Origin: a virus
IMG/VR virus record: IMGVR_UViG_3300045988_169928
Location: 1-64,000 of that record
Strand: one strand, 5' to 3'
Length of the DNA stretch: 64,000 bases
This document shows positions 26,067 to 37,600 of this stretch, piece after piece. How positions within the stretch are numbered: position 1 is the stretch's first letter; the number at the start of each line of letters is the position of its first letter. The notes beneath the pieces were generated by a model that saw nothing but the letters and a program-made list of their open reading frames with translations, was not told where the DNA came from and made no database searches. The translations under genes and the position numbers were made by a program.

Positions 26067-26664
26067 GTACCTTAACTATCTTTTGCATATAACTGTTCAT
26101 TCGATACGCCATTCCTAAATCCATTAAAGACCTTTGTTCTTCTTTAGTTGCAAACTTTAAGAGGTTCTTAGTTTGTGGTGCTAGGTTGTCTTGCCGATCA
26201 AAGATAGTGTTCTCTAACTCGTTTAAAGTATTTGATAACAAGGTAAAGTTATCCTTAACCATTTTCTGGTTATAGTATTCGTCCCATGTAGCTAAACCCA
26301 TACTCTTAAACTTAGTGGTTAGACCTAAATTAAGCGTTAATACACTATCATAAATACCGGGAACATTATTCTTATAGTCATACAATTCCTCTAGATAAGG
26401 ATAGGATTCTTTATCTTTAAGGTAAAACAAGCCCTTAAATTTTTGGTTGGCATGATGATCTACATACAAAATAATATGTTTAAAAGTATTTGAGTACCTG
26501 TAATCAAGGTAAGGACTTAATGGGTACCAATAAATGCCGCTATCAGCAGGTAAGGCTACAGTATCCTGATGGCTCTTAGACGCACATGATACCAACAACT
26601 TTACTGCGCCTTTATCCTTGATGGCTTTCGTTTTCAGTGAATTGGGTGTAGTTAGAATTCCCAT
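26050..26664 (-). CDS. hypothetical protein (204 aa)
   Basis: ORF between the SbcC-like gene and primase. Confidence 0.5.
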   Translation of the reverse strand: MGILTTPNSLKTKAIKDKGAVKLLVSCASKSHQDTVALPADSGIYWYPLSPYLDYRYSNTFKHIILYVDHHANQKFKGLFYLKDKESYPYLEELYDYKNNVPGIYDSVLTLNLGLTTKFKSMGLATWDEYYNQKMVKDNFTLLSNTLNELENTIFDRQDNLAPQTKNLLKFATKEEQRSLMDLGMAYRMNSYMQKIVKVRDRYE

Positions 26665-26676
26665 TTAAATATCTCC

Positions 26677-28542
26677 TTATAATTGTAATTCTCCGTTGTT
26701 ATCGTTAATGTTAAGGATATTTTGAAATTGGTCATTATATTTCAGGTCTGGGTTGTGGCTAATGACTAATACCGTCATATCGTCTTTACTGATCTTACTC
26801 AATAGTTCAACTACTTCATCAATACCCTGTTGATCTAGATTATCGAATAATTCATCAAGCACCACGAGATTAACCCCACCAATTTGGGTTTGCAGGTATT
26901 CCATAAAGGAGATATTGAGTGAGATACCTACACGGCGCTTCTCGCCCGAAGAAAGTTCTGAATACAGCTTCCTAGCTTTAGGAGTATTAACTAGCAAGTC
27001 AATCTTATTACTGATCTTGCCAGTTTTGGTGGTCGTCTGTGAGGTAATGCTTGCTTGGATTTCACCTCCTGTAAGAATATCTAACGTTTTTGCTAGATGG
27101 TCATTCAGAAAAGGAACTACTCGATTTAGCGCTTGGGTCTTAACCCCACGGTCTGAATAAATTTCTGATAACTTGTTGAGTTTTTCAATCTGACTCTTAA
27201 TCTGATTAACTTGTTCTTGTGCCTTAATAAGTTGGCTGTGATAGTCAGTTGATAGTTCTTTGGGCTTCTCAATTGTTTGTTTGTCCAACCTAATAAATAC
27301 ACTCTGTGCTTCTTCATACTGGCTAAGCCTTTGTTGTGCTTGTTGTAGGGCTAATGTTGCTTGCCTCATCTGTGCATTAATCTTTTCTTTTTGACTGTTA
27401 AGTTGATTTAATTTATTTAGACTTTCCTTAGCACTAGCCTGCTCCTGCTCAACAATAGCTTTTACTTGTTGGGACTTGTTTTCTGCTTGATTATATTCTT
27501 CCTTTTGGGATAGGTATTGTTGTTTCCCTTCTTGTAACTGTTTAGTGAGATTAGTAATCTCAACTTGTTTATGTTGGGCGTCTAGAACATTCCCACATAA
27601 ACTACAAATAGCATTGGGAGTATTCTGAACTTTCTTTAACTGGGCAAAGATTTCTTGTAATTGATTGTAGGTATGCTTTTGAACATTATACTTTCGATCA
27701 GCTAGGGAACGAGCCTGATTGTATTCATTTAGGTGGGGAGCAGTTGTGTTAATTCCTAACTTATCAATTTGATTATTAAGAGTTAGCAACGCCTGTTTGT
27801 TATGATCAACTAAATAAGTTTGACTAGCCACTTCCTGTTCCAAGGTAGCTTGATCAGTTTGAGATAAATAATCAAGGTACTTCTTCTTTTGACCCTCTAG
27901 AGTATCCTTATTTTGCTTCCACTGCTCCTCTAGGGCCTTTTGATAGTTGCCTAGGTCAATTATATGTTGTTGGCCTTCTTGGGCCTTAGAGAGGCCCTCT
28001 TGAGCTTCCTTAAGATCTTCCTTAACTAGGGCGTATGCTTTCCGATAAACTGCAATATTAGTTAGATCTTCCAACATTGCTTTCTTAGTCTTATCAGTTG
28101 CATTAATAAAGGTGTTTAGTTGTTCTGGGCTGAACACCAGAGAGTTAAGGAGGGTATCTTCTTTAAAGCCTAAAATATCAATGATCTTATCATTGGTTTC
28201 CTTATCCGTAGACAAGGTAATATCTTCTTCATTACAGGTTAGAATTACCTTATTCTTATACTCCTTGTCCTTACGGTAACGAGTAACTTCATAGTCTTTG
28301 CCATTAATTTCTAGACTAACCCGAGTAAAGGTACCACCCTTAGAACCATGTTTGATAACCTCATCAGCTTTGGTACCATCGGGACACTTACCATATAAAG
28401 CATAGAGTAAGGCAAAATAAATGGAACTCTTGCCGCTCCCGTTATCTGCGGATAACAAGGTTAAACCTTGGTAGTTGTCTAAGTTGACTTTTAAATGACT
28501 GTAAGAACGAAAGTTTTTCGCTTCAATTTCCTTAATCTTCAA
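26677..28542 (-). CDS. sbcC: SbcC/Rad50-like ATPase
   Basis: Walker A LLSADNGSGKSSIYFALLYALYGK, a long coiled-coil middle, a CSLCG zinc-hook-like motif, the ABC signature LSSGEKRRVGISL, and Walker B/D-loop LVVLDELFDNLD. Confidence 0.8.
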   Translation of the reverse strand: MKIKEIEAKNFRSYSHLKVNLDNYQGLTLLSADNGSGKSSIYFALLYALYGKCPDGTKADEVIKHGSKGGTFTRVSLEINGKDYEVTRYRKDKEYKNKVILTCNEEDITLSTDKETNDKIIDILGFKEDTLLNSLVFSPEQLNTFINATDKTKKAMLEDLTNIAVYRKAYALVKEDLKEAQEGLSKAQEGQQHIIDLGNYQKALEEQWKQNKDTLEGQKKKYLDYLSQTDQATLEQEVASQTYLVDHNKQALLTLNNQIDKLGINTTAPHLNEYNQARSLADRKYNVQKHTYNQLQEIFAQLKKVQNTPNAICSLCGNVLDAQHKQVEITNLTKQLQEGKQQYLSQKEEYNQAENKSQQVKAIVEQEQASAKESLNKLNQLNSQKEKINAQMRQATLALQQAQQRLSQYEEAQSVFIRLDKQTIEKPKELSTDYHSQLIKAQEQVNQIKSQIEKLNKLSEIYSDRGVKTQALNRVVPFLNDHLAKTLDILTGGEIQASITSQTTTKTGKISNKIDLLVNTPKARKLYSELSSGEKRRVGISLNISFMEYLQTQIGGVNLVVLDELFDNLDQQGIDEVVELLSKISKDDMTVLVISHNPDLKYNDQFQNILNINDNNGELQL

Positions 28543-28545
28543 GGA

Positions 28546-30012
28546 CTATACCCCCTTAATTGCGTTGTTAATTACTTGTCCTAAATCAACATCTTTTGGA
28601 ATGGACTGCTGTTTCTGATTATTATTCTTACCCCGTTGTCCTAAATCAGAAGAAACAATCATCTTATGTTCTTCTTGTTCTTGGGGGGTTTCTTCGTTTA
28701 GTTTGAAACTCTTTAAATCATATCTGAAATAAAGAAAATCATCGTCTTTCCAATAACCATTACGAACCTTATCAATATACCAACGTACATAACCCTTGTC
28801 CTTTTCTTCACCCTTAGAGTTAAGAGTACAAGCAAAGGCCACCGTGTTAATCTTACGGTAGGAACCTTCTACATTAGCTAGGGTTGCTACATCTTCAATA
28901 CTAGCCCCCCGGTTTAATTGGGTTGCGGTAATGATTAAAGTATCTGTTTGTTGGGCCAACTTTACTAGGTCTTGAAAAAGTAGTTCCCCCGCCTTGGATT
29001 CACTATCAGAATATTCTTGGCGCTTTAACAGGTCTGCATAGTCTAAAACCACCACATCAATTTTAATACCATTGACCCGTTCCACGGATATAATCATTTG
29101 TTTTAAATCATCTACCTTTAGAGTTAAGGGAGTAGACTTTTTAAAATAAACATTCCCATAACCGTCAGTATTAGCTAAGTTATGATAATAAGATTGTAAC
29201 TTGCTAATATATTCTGGGTTCACCTGACCCTGTGTATCAAATACTTCTTTAATTCCCGCATTCAAAATAATACGGTCAAATCTCAATACTTGGTCTTGTT
29301 CCAATTCTTCCAAGGTAACGTGTAAAACGTTGTTGCCACCTTGCATTGCATAATAGTAAGTTAGGTTGGTTAGCAAGGTTGACTTACCACCACCTGATTT
29401 AGCCCCGAATAAAGCTACTTGACCTAATTCAAGACCACCACCGGTAACTCGATCAAATGAAGATAACCCCGACTTAATCTTACGTTGGTTAAACTTATCA
29501 TAGATCGCTACCCGTTCATCAATATCTGATAAAAGGTTTAAGGGCTTGTATTGGGTACCAGTTAATGAAATATCATTAATTGTATTTAAACGTTTAGCAA
29601 CCCGCTCCCCAATATTAGTATCACCCTTACTAGCTTCCTCTAAGATGGCGTCATTGGCTAGTTGTGTATGAATATAGTTCTCTAATTGAGTGGTAACTAC
29701 TTCACTTTCATCTTCGGGAGTATTAAGTAAGCTATCTGCTTTTTGAAATAACTGATCTAAAATTTGATCGGGAATCTGTTGCCCGGCTTGCTTGGCTTGC
29801 AGTTTTAACCGTTGTTCTAAGAGTAGATTCAGGGCTTTCCCAGTAATTGCCTCATCATGTTGTCCATAGTAACGTAACAAGGTCTTGGCAATCAATGATA
29901 AAGTCTTATCATGAATTAAACTAGGGATCCCCTTACTTAATACTTCCCTAGTAAAATATGCCGAGTGACTGGCCCGAATGATTAATTGTTGTTCTAATTC
30001 GTAATTTTCCAT
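28546..30012 (-). CDS. DnaB-like replicative DNA helicase
   Basis: N-terminal helical domain. C-terminal RecA-like core with Walker A GAKSGGGKSTLL, Walker B VVVLDYADLL, and the arginine-finger region. Confidence 0.8.
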   Translation of the reverse strand: MENYELEQQLIIRASHSAYFTREVLSKGIPSLIHDKTLSLIAKTLLRYYGQHDEAITGKALNLLLEQRLKLQAKQAGQQIPDQILDQLFQKADSLLNTPEDESEVVTTQLENYIHTQLANDAILEEASKGDTNIGERVAKRLNTINDISLTGTQYKPLNLLSDIDERVAIYDKFNQRKIKSGLSSFDRVTGGGLELGQVALFGAKSGGGKSTLLTNLTYYYAMQGGNNVLHVTLEELEQDQVLRFDRIILNAGIKEVFDTQGQVNPEYISKLQSYYHNLANTDGYGNVYFKKSTPLTLKVDDLKQMIISVERVNGIKIDVVVLDYADLLKRQEYSDSESKAGELLFQDLVKLAQQTDTLIITATQLNRGASIEDVATLANVEGSYRKINTVAFACTLNSKGEEKDKGYVRWYIDKVRNGYWKDDDFLYFRYDLKSFKLNEETPQEQEEHKMIVSSDLGQRGKNNNQKQQSIPKDVDLGQVINNAIKGV

Positions 30013-30728
30013 TGAAGATTTTCCTTTGCTAAGTTATCGCTAAATGCTAACAAGTTTTGTAGATCATCTTCATTATAGCTGAACTTATCTAGGTTTTCTA
30101 GCCCTATATAATAGATTGCATAATCAACTGGGTCTTTAGGTAAGTTATTTAAAATGTCAGAGAACACTAATAACTCTGGTTGCATAGACTTAATTCCCTT
30201 TAACAACAGAATTTGTTGGGGGGTTGGGTTACTTTCAATCTTCCTACGATAGGCTTCTAGGTATTCAAGATTATCATAGTAAGGCAAGGATAAATTCATT
30301 ACTAACTCCTTGTAAGCTCCCTTAACTAGATCAATCAAGTTAAAACCAGCTTGAATAGTTGAGTAATAGTTGTAGACAGCCCGAGCCGTTAAGTTGGTAC
30401 AATATTCAGTAACGAAGCCATGGTGGGGCAGTCGTTTGTTTTCATAGTGGATTGCTGTTGTCAATGCTTTTTTCCAATTTTGGGTAACGAAAAAGATACC
30501 CATTGGCCGTTTGTTCTTCCGATTACGATCAAGATAAGCAAAGTAAGCCAGTGTTCGATCTAATAGATAAACTGGGTTTGCTCCGTTATCACCAATTGCG
30601 TTGAGAAACTCTAAGTATTGTTGTTCCTTGCCCCGAGTATATTCAGATACATAACGGTGGCCTAAGTAAACCGTGTTAATATCATCAAGGGCAAACTTTA
30701 ATAAATCTTGTTCTTTCATGATTATCAC
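29994..30728 (-). CDS. hypothetical protein translationally coupled to the helicase (possible loader or initiator accessory)
   Basis: It overlaps the helicase gene by 19 nt. No recognizable motif. The function is a guess from position. Confidence 0.35.
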   Translation of the reverse strand: MIIMKEQDLLKFALDDINTVYLGHRYVSEYTRGKEQQYLEFLNAIGDNGANPVYLLDRTLAYFAYLDRNRKNKRPMGIFFVTQNWKKALTTAIHYENKRLPHHGFVTEYCTNLTARAVYNYYSTIQAGFNLIDLVKGAYKELVMNLSLPYYDNLEYLEAYRRKIESNPTPQQILLLKGIKSMQPELLVFSDILNNLPKDPVDYAIYYIGLENLDKFSYNEDDLQNLLAFSDNLAKENLQWKITN

Positions 30729-30757
30729 CTTCCTTATCTATAAGTGTAACGCAAAAT

Positions 30758-30796
30758 TGGCCAAAAAGAAAGCCCCCAAACTTAATTGAGGGCTTC
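30758..30796 (-). terminator. Rho-independent terminator immediately upstream of the replication operon start, at the end of a structured leader
   Basis: Minus-strand stem AAGCCC ... GGGGCUU followed by UCUUUUUGG. It ends 30 nt before the start codon at 30728. Confidence 0.6.
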
Positions 30797-30846
30797 TTTA
30801 GTCAACCACCTCAAAATTTAATTGAGGGCTTCTTTAGTCAACCACC
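30781..30846. repeat. two 30-bp direct repeats (c/t)TTAATTGAGGGCTTCTTTAGTCAACCACC, 6 bp apart
   Basis: Copies at 30781-30810 and 30817-30846. The second overlaps the mutually exclusive palindromes ctttagtca/tgactaaag and ccactgac/gtcagtgg (30844-30863). Confidence 0.75.
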
Positions 30847-31102
30847 ACTGACTAAAGTCAGTGGCTTGTGAGCAAGCACCCTTCTGATGAGTGCTTGAAC
30901 CACAATTTGCATAGATAGGCCACTGCGAACAGCTCTACGAACTGTTTCGTCTTACACGGCAATTACCAATGCCTTTTATGTCCCCAGGTTGCCATAGGGA
31001 CAATTTATTACAATCGTTGTTAGATAGTTAGTCTGATAATGCGGTAATCGTTCACTTTGGTTCTTAGTGATTCAATTACTAAGCTAATTACTATCTACAA
31101 GT

Positions 31103-31131
31103 ATTCTAACATAGTAGGTCTATCTATTCAA
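31103..31131 (-). promoter_or_regulatory. sigma70-like promoter (TTGAAT-17-TAGAAT) at the start of a leader of about 340 nt
   Basis: Minus -35 TTGAAT (plus 31126-31131), 17-nt spacer, -10 TAGAAT (plus 31103-31108). Confidence 0.45.
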
Positions 31132-31165
31132 TAGCCAAAGTCACGGTATTTCCGGCTAGGCATAA

Positions 31166-31399
31166 TTAAAACTTTGCTACCTTAGCGTCTTTAATATCAA
31201 CATTAGGAATTTCTGGGTTAGATTGATTGCCTAAGTTAATTTCATTCTTTTCGTCATCAATGATCTTAGCATAGGCTTGATTCTGTGCCAGTAACTTGAT
31301 GTTCTCATCGGTCAACAGGGCAATTCGTTGTTGATACAACTTGATAATATCTTCGTATTCAATTGATACTCGTTGACTACGCTTAATCTTAGTTGGCAT
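31166..31399 (-). CDS. hypothetical protein (77 aa), last gene of the tail operon
   Basis: ORF. Confidence 0.5.
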   Translation of the reverse strand: MPTKIKRSQRVSIEYEDIIKLYQQRIALLTDENIKLLAQNQAYAKIIDDEKNEINLGNQSNPEIPNVDIKDAKVAKF

Positions 31400-31408
31400 A
31401 GTACCTCC

Positions 31409-31651
31409 TTATTTACTTGACATAAGTAATTGATTAATTAAGAGTTGGTGCTTGTCATTATTATACATCTCTGGAACATACAAAGTCTTGGTTTCTAGAT
31501 CATAGATTTTGTATTGCCCCGTTGATACTAAATGATCAATGCAATCTTGGGCTGTCCACCCGTCCTTATAATAAGGGCCATTCGCACACCAAGTGACTAG
31601 ATCATCAACTTGGGTAACGAAACCATATGGATTTACTACTTTATAGGCCAT
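31409..31651 (-). CDS. hypothetical protein (80 aa)
   Basis: ORF. Confidence 0.5.
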   Translation of the reverse strand: MAYKVVNPYGFVTQVDDLVTWCANGPYYKDGWTAQDCIDHLVSTGQYKIYDLETKTLYVPEMYNNDKHQLLINQLLMSSK

Positions 31652-31689
31652 TTTTCCTCCCTATTTATGATACATAATTAATACTTTAT

Positions 31690-34600
31690 TTACATATTAT
31701 TTGAACCAGTTACTTCTTGAACAGTCCCTGAATCAGAGGTGTGTCCATCATCAGTACCTTGTGGGAAAGACCAGAAGTTATTTCGTTTATCCCTATTACC
31801 AAAGATAATCACATAGCCAGCCCCAAAGGCAATCCCTGCTAAAGTATCACCGGAGCCGGAAAGCAATGCTGGATAGTTGCCTTGAACATACCCACCACCA
31901 TTTTTATTGAAATGGACTAAACCTATTCTTAAAATGTTATCTCCACGTTGCCCATTGGGACTAGACAATGCAAAACCATACTCATTTCCATCAGCAAGAG
32001 GAACTGCGAAATTTGATCCATAACTTGGACTTTGAACGTGCCAATACAAACTACTACCATATCCATGGGCATTTCCATAAGAATCAAACCAAATACCAGA
32101 CGCTGAATTTGATTCGTCCCAATTAACATTGTATTGAGGTTCAATAGTATGTTCTAGTAAAGTGCTATAAGGGAGGGAACCATAAAAGGACAGTGCTGGT
32201 TGGGTTGCCGGATTTCCAAAGTTCATCTCACCAGAAATACCAATCCCTGATTTACCATTAATTGAAATGTGCATTCCACCACGATAACTATCCAAAAATG
32301 AATAGCTGGAATTAATTTCCAAACCTTCACTGGTTAGTTGTGTTTGCCCTGCAATTCTAACACCCAAAAAGTTACCAGGATTACTAATATGACTTAATTG
32401 TAATGATCCCAAGGGGCTAAACTTAGTCTGATACTCATTCACATATTGAGTTGAACTAGTGGTCGTTTGTCCCACAAAGATACCCATACGAACACTATCT
32501 ACAGAAACAACATAGGCTTTTTCATTACTACTAATACCCTTACTAATTAAATTTAGTTGTAATAGATTATTGTTAATATACTGTTTATACTCATCTTTCC
32601 AAACAAAGTAAAAGTCATACGTATAATAACCGGGCATTAGTGGTTGAAATTCACCATCAATTTCAGTGTAAATACTATCATTACCGGGCTTGGCTACCCC
32701 TAGGTTAATTTGTGCGAAACTAGCATTGGTTCCACTCTCGTAGTTAATAGGAATCGAAACAACAACCTTATCACCAGCAGTTAGGTTGTCTGAACGTATA
32801 AGCCCCAATACCCCAAATTGGGAAGCGTCTAAGTGTGGATAAGGCATACCAAAGCGGCCACCTAGGGAAGTTAATGTATCTAATCTACCACCAATTAGCT
32901 TAGATGTAAATTGGCTAAGATCAACTGCAAATGGATCGGTGACTGAAAGAGGTACCCCGTAGTTATCCCCTTGATTACCTCCCGGATTTGCTGATTCAAC
33001 ATAAACACTATGCAAATAAACATCACTTGATGGAGTATAAGCGACAATACTGTAACCACTTTGTTGGTAGCTGACTGGATTTCCGAAGAAATAGTGTGTA
33101 TTTTGAAGAGCAGTATCTGAATCTGAAACTTCAATAGTAACTCTGGCCCCATTATGCAAACCACAATGCCAAATATAAGCCCCAAAAACATAGGTTACGT
33201 TTGCAGATAGTTTAATTGTTTTATTTTGGGTCGGATATAAATCCGAATTCGATCCAAAAGTAAACAAAGATCCAACTAATCTAGGGAACTCAACAGTTGA
33301 TAAAGTCCAGCTAAGAGTATCGGAACCACCCCAGCCATTCATACCATTGCTATTCATACTTTGATTTACAGAACTGGTAATTGAATCAGTAATATTATAG
33401 TTAATAGTATACTGATTCATACTTCCTTGTTTGTCTTTATCCCAAATTGGAATATAATTTCTAGTGTCTGATACCCCATTAACTGGGGCACTGAACCGGT
33501 GGTTCCAACCATAAGAATCAGCATAAATATCACTTGTCACACCCAAAGCCCGCATAGCGTTATTAGGGGCACTACCAGTACCATTAAAGTTAACTTGACC
33601 AGTTGTCCAAGCGTTATTTAAACTAAGGTAAGAAGAGTTAACACCTGCTATTGAATTCATCAAGTTCAAGTCTTGGGACATACCAAAAGTGGTTTCACCA
33701 ATACTTGATACATGATAACGATACTTATCGGCTTCACTTAGCTTTGAATGATAAGCAGTCCCAATATCTAATTCAGACCCTTCAATTACACCATCTGAAT
33801 AAGTCCCATTAGAAATTTGAGCGTTTTTCGAGGTAGAGGTCATTGCCCCATTGCCATCAATTTTAAAACCTGAACCAAACACAATCTCACTATTTTGACT
33901 CGTCAAGGTAAGTTTATCAACAGACACATTACCATGAATTACAGCGTCTTGAGCGATTAAGGTACCAGATGAGGTTATCCACGTCTTAGTATTCCCAGAT
34001 TTATCCTTTGTAGCAAACAGACCAGCGTCACCAGCTAGAGAATCATTACTACCATAAGTGCCTGCTGTGCTTTGGCTACCAACTGATGGCCCTTGAATGG
34101 TTAAGCCACCCTTGGAAATGACAACACTACCACCACCTTGGGGAGAAACTTCCATTCCATTTTGGTCAATGGTAAAGGAGCCGTTTGCCGCTACAATCGA
34201 ACCATTAACAGACAACGTACCACTTAAAGTAAGATCTTGTCCTGAAAAGTCAACCCCTGATATATTACCTGTTGAGATGGTAGAACCTGTAATAGTAAGA
34301 TTACCATTGGTATCAACATGGAACACATCTACTCCCGACTTCTTAATTGCAAAACCATTACTTGAGTTAACTATTACCTGTGTTTTGTCTGCTGTGGCAG
34401 TTAAACCATTGTCATTAAGGGTGACACCCTTATAAGTTACGTCCTTACGAACAGCATTGGAAGATACATCGGCAATATTAGATGAATAATTAGTAGACAA
34501 CTTGTCTACCGTTACCATAAAGTTAACCCGGTTTACCTCATCTGGAGAGAAACTATATCCAGCCCGGAAGTAAGCAGTCTTAGCCGGCGCATTAGCATAT

Positions 34601-37600
34601 GCAACCAGTCGAGTGTTATTGGTACTAGAAATATGACCATTTGATACATAAGCGGTTAAGGTGGAAACTTGACCGTCCCCCTTCGAGCTACTTACCAACG
34701 TTTCATTGCTAGACCCTTGATAAGCAGGAGTGTGCCCGACAAAGGCAAAGGAAACCCGTCCCTGTAAATCAGCAGGTGCATAGGTAGAAGGCAATCCATA
34801 CGACTGTAACAAGGTACATAGATCTTGTGACGCTGTTTGGAAGTCGGTAGAATCTTGAATAAAGCTATCTCGGGTTGCAATTGCTACTACTAGATCTTGA
34901 CTAGAAATTGATTTTAAGTAGTTTACTAAAGCATTAGCATTATCAACCGTAGCAAACGTGTCCCAATATTGTGTATCTACCCTTCGTCCAGAATATGGAT
35001 CAAAAGTGGCAACAGTAGTGCCTCGCCCAGAAACAGCTAACTTAGATTGTAATAAACCAGACGTTTGAATATAAAGGTCTTGATAATTAGTTGTCGCGGC
35101 TTGAGAAACAATACTAATTTTTAGCATTCGTTCATTGTAGTAAACCCCATTCAAACTTTGTGGGTTAGTAAATTGACTATTATTACCATCTAAAGTGGAA
35201 TTTCCTTGATGGTTATTAGTACCATTAGAAATAAAATTGTGATCACTATCTGCAAACTCAACACTAGCACTAGTAGTTATTCCCGGATAAGCAGGATAAT
35301 CGTAGTGAGTTAGGAATACCCGTTGGCCCTCACTAATTGGATACCAAGGTGTATAGTATTTATTTTGTAACCAACTAGCATAGATACTGTCAGAAGGGTT
35401 AGGCGACCAAGGGTGGGCAACGGTACCTTCCTCGACCATTGGTAATCGTACATAAGCATCACAACTTTCACTCTTAGCATGGTAGATGATATGTGCTTTG
35501 TTTGCACTATTAACAGTTCCGCTGACAGCATATCTTGTCCAGTTGCTAGTTAAGGTGACTACTTTTGTAAAATCACCTTCACGACCAATCATAAATGTGC
35601 CAGACCCTTTCATTTCGACTGAGAACGTTTCTGAATCACCAATCGCAAATGGTTCTGTACTATTAGCATAGATAGCATTCCATCTACCATAGAATCCACC
35701 ACTGCTTGTGGTGCTTGTGATATGTGCTGTTGCTATGCCATCACTACCGGTATTCCAATCAACGGTTGGATTGTTTATATCTGTATTTGCAAAAGATTTT
35801 GAATTAAGCCATAGGTTTAGTCCGCCTCTATTGACAGAACTACCTTTTTGCAAAGTAGTTAAGTCCCAATAGTTACTACCCTGTGCTACCGTAATACTAT
35901 CGTCCCTAGTGTAATCTTTAATTGCATTCCCAGCAACTAACTTTACACTCCTAAAGGAAACGGTACCCTTAGTTTCACTATTGTAAACTTGACCCAATAA
36001 AGCAGTTAAAACAGACCCTTTATCCCACGTACCAGAAACAGTACACGTATAAGTTACCCAATCAGTAGTTAGTAATAACTTAGTCTCACTATCTGTACTG
36101 GTAAAGGTGCTAGTTTGGTTTGGAACACTAGGTGAAGTGGTAACTGATACTTGGGTGGTTTTATTCTGTAATTGTGAATATGCGTTCCCCCAAGCAGGGT
36201 ACATATGAACATAATCGCCGCTAACGGTACTTTTAGCTTGAACTTGGAATGTATAAGTAGTATCAGTTGAAGTATAGTCAAAAGGATAATCCCCATTGTA
36301 AGTGCTAGTCGAATCTAGAACAGGATTTGAGTAGTAAGTAACATCATCAACCATTAACAGGTTTTTATCACCATTGATATTGGCCTGTAAATTACTATCT
36401 AATGACTGAATAGTCAATTGTTGTAGTGTCCAATCGCTTTGAGTGAATGCACCGCTTGGTCTAGCAGTTGTACAGAAATAAGTTGACCCAGATGTTGTCC
36501 AAATATCCCCTAAATCATAGGGAGTAGTTGGGGTAGAGGTAAAGTTACGTTTCTTAGATGAATCAAACATCTTTACCCATGTGTACTTGGTAGGGTCATC
36601 TGAACTGGTTAGATTGTAATCAGTATAAGTACCAAAATAATTATAAGAATTATTACCAGGTGTATCTGTAAATCCTACACTACCATCTGCTGAATTAGCA
36701 TAAGCAATATGGAAATAAGTAGTTTGACCATCTGCACCTGGCTTACCTGGAACCCCATCGGCACCCTTAATTAAACTCCATGTATAATCAGTAGCTGTAC
36801 TTGACTCATTGCTACTTTCCTTGTTGTAAGCTATCCCGATATAGCTCATTCCCGTTGGTGAGTCGCTCATGCTACTCCCGCTACTATCAGTGGCATACTT
36901 AATCCACGTATAGTAAGTTTTGCCATCTACACCCTTAGCTCCTGGAATACCTTGGTCACCCTGATCACCTTTGGGACCTTGTACTAATTGCCAAGAGTAA
37001 AGTGCTGGATTAGTGCTATCAGTTTGTATGAAGTCCGTATAACTACCAATGTATTTTCTAGAACCAGGAGTATCAAGAGAAAAGTTTGTTTTACCATCAC
37101 TGCTATCAGCATAGGCAATATGGAGGTATGGTGTCTTACCATCAGCACCTGGCTTACCCGGTACCCCATCTTTACCATCTGCACCATCTGCACCCTTGAT
37201 TAATGACCAAGCGTATTTAGTAGGATCAGTGCTATCTTCAGATGTAAAGTCAACATACATACCAATATAAGTTCGATTGCTATCTGATACTGTAAAGTCA
37301 GTTTTACCGTCTAAAGAGTTAGCATAAGCAATATGAGTGTAACTTGACTTACCATCTGCACCAGCAGGTCCTTGAATACCTTGTTCACCTTTTGGGCCTT
37401 GAAGACCTTGTAAACCCTGTTCACCAGGGTCACCCTTTAGTCTAGACCATGTGTACTTAGTATGATCAGAGGAATCTTCTTCAGTAAAGTCAGTATAAGT
37501 ACCAACATATAAAGCATTAGCAAAGTAAGTTAAGTTAAAGCCATTAGTACCATCACTACTATTAGCATAGGCAAAGTGTACATAACTTGTTTTACCATCA

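Noticed and set aside
30880-30905. CUGAUGA sequence inside a hairpin (aagcac ccttctgatga gtgctt) resembling the hammerhead ribozyme core
   Set aside because: There is no helix II or GAAA element and no cleavage-site context. The strand most likely to be transcribed reads the complement. I treat it as a simple leader hairpin.
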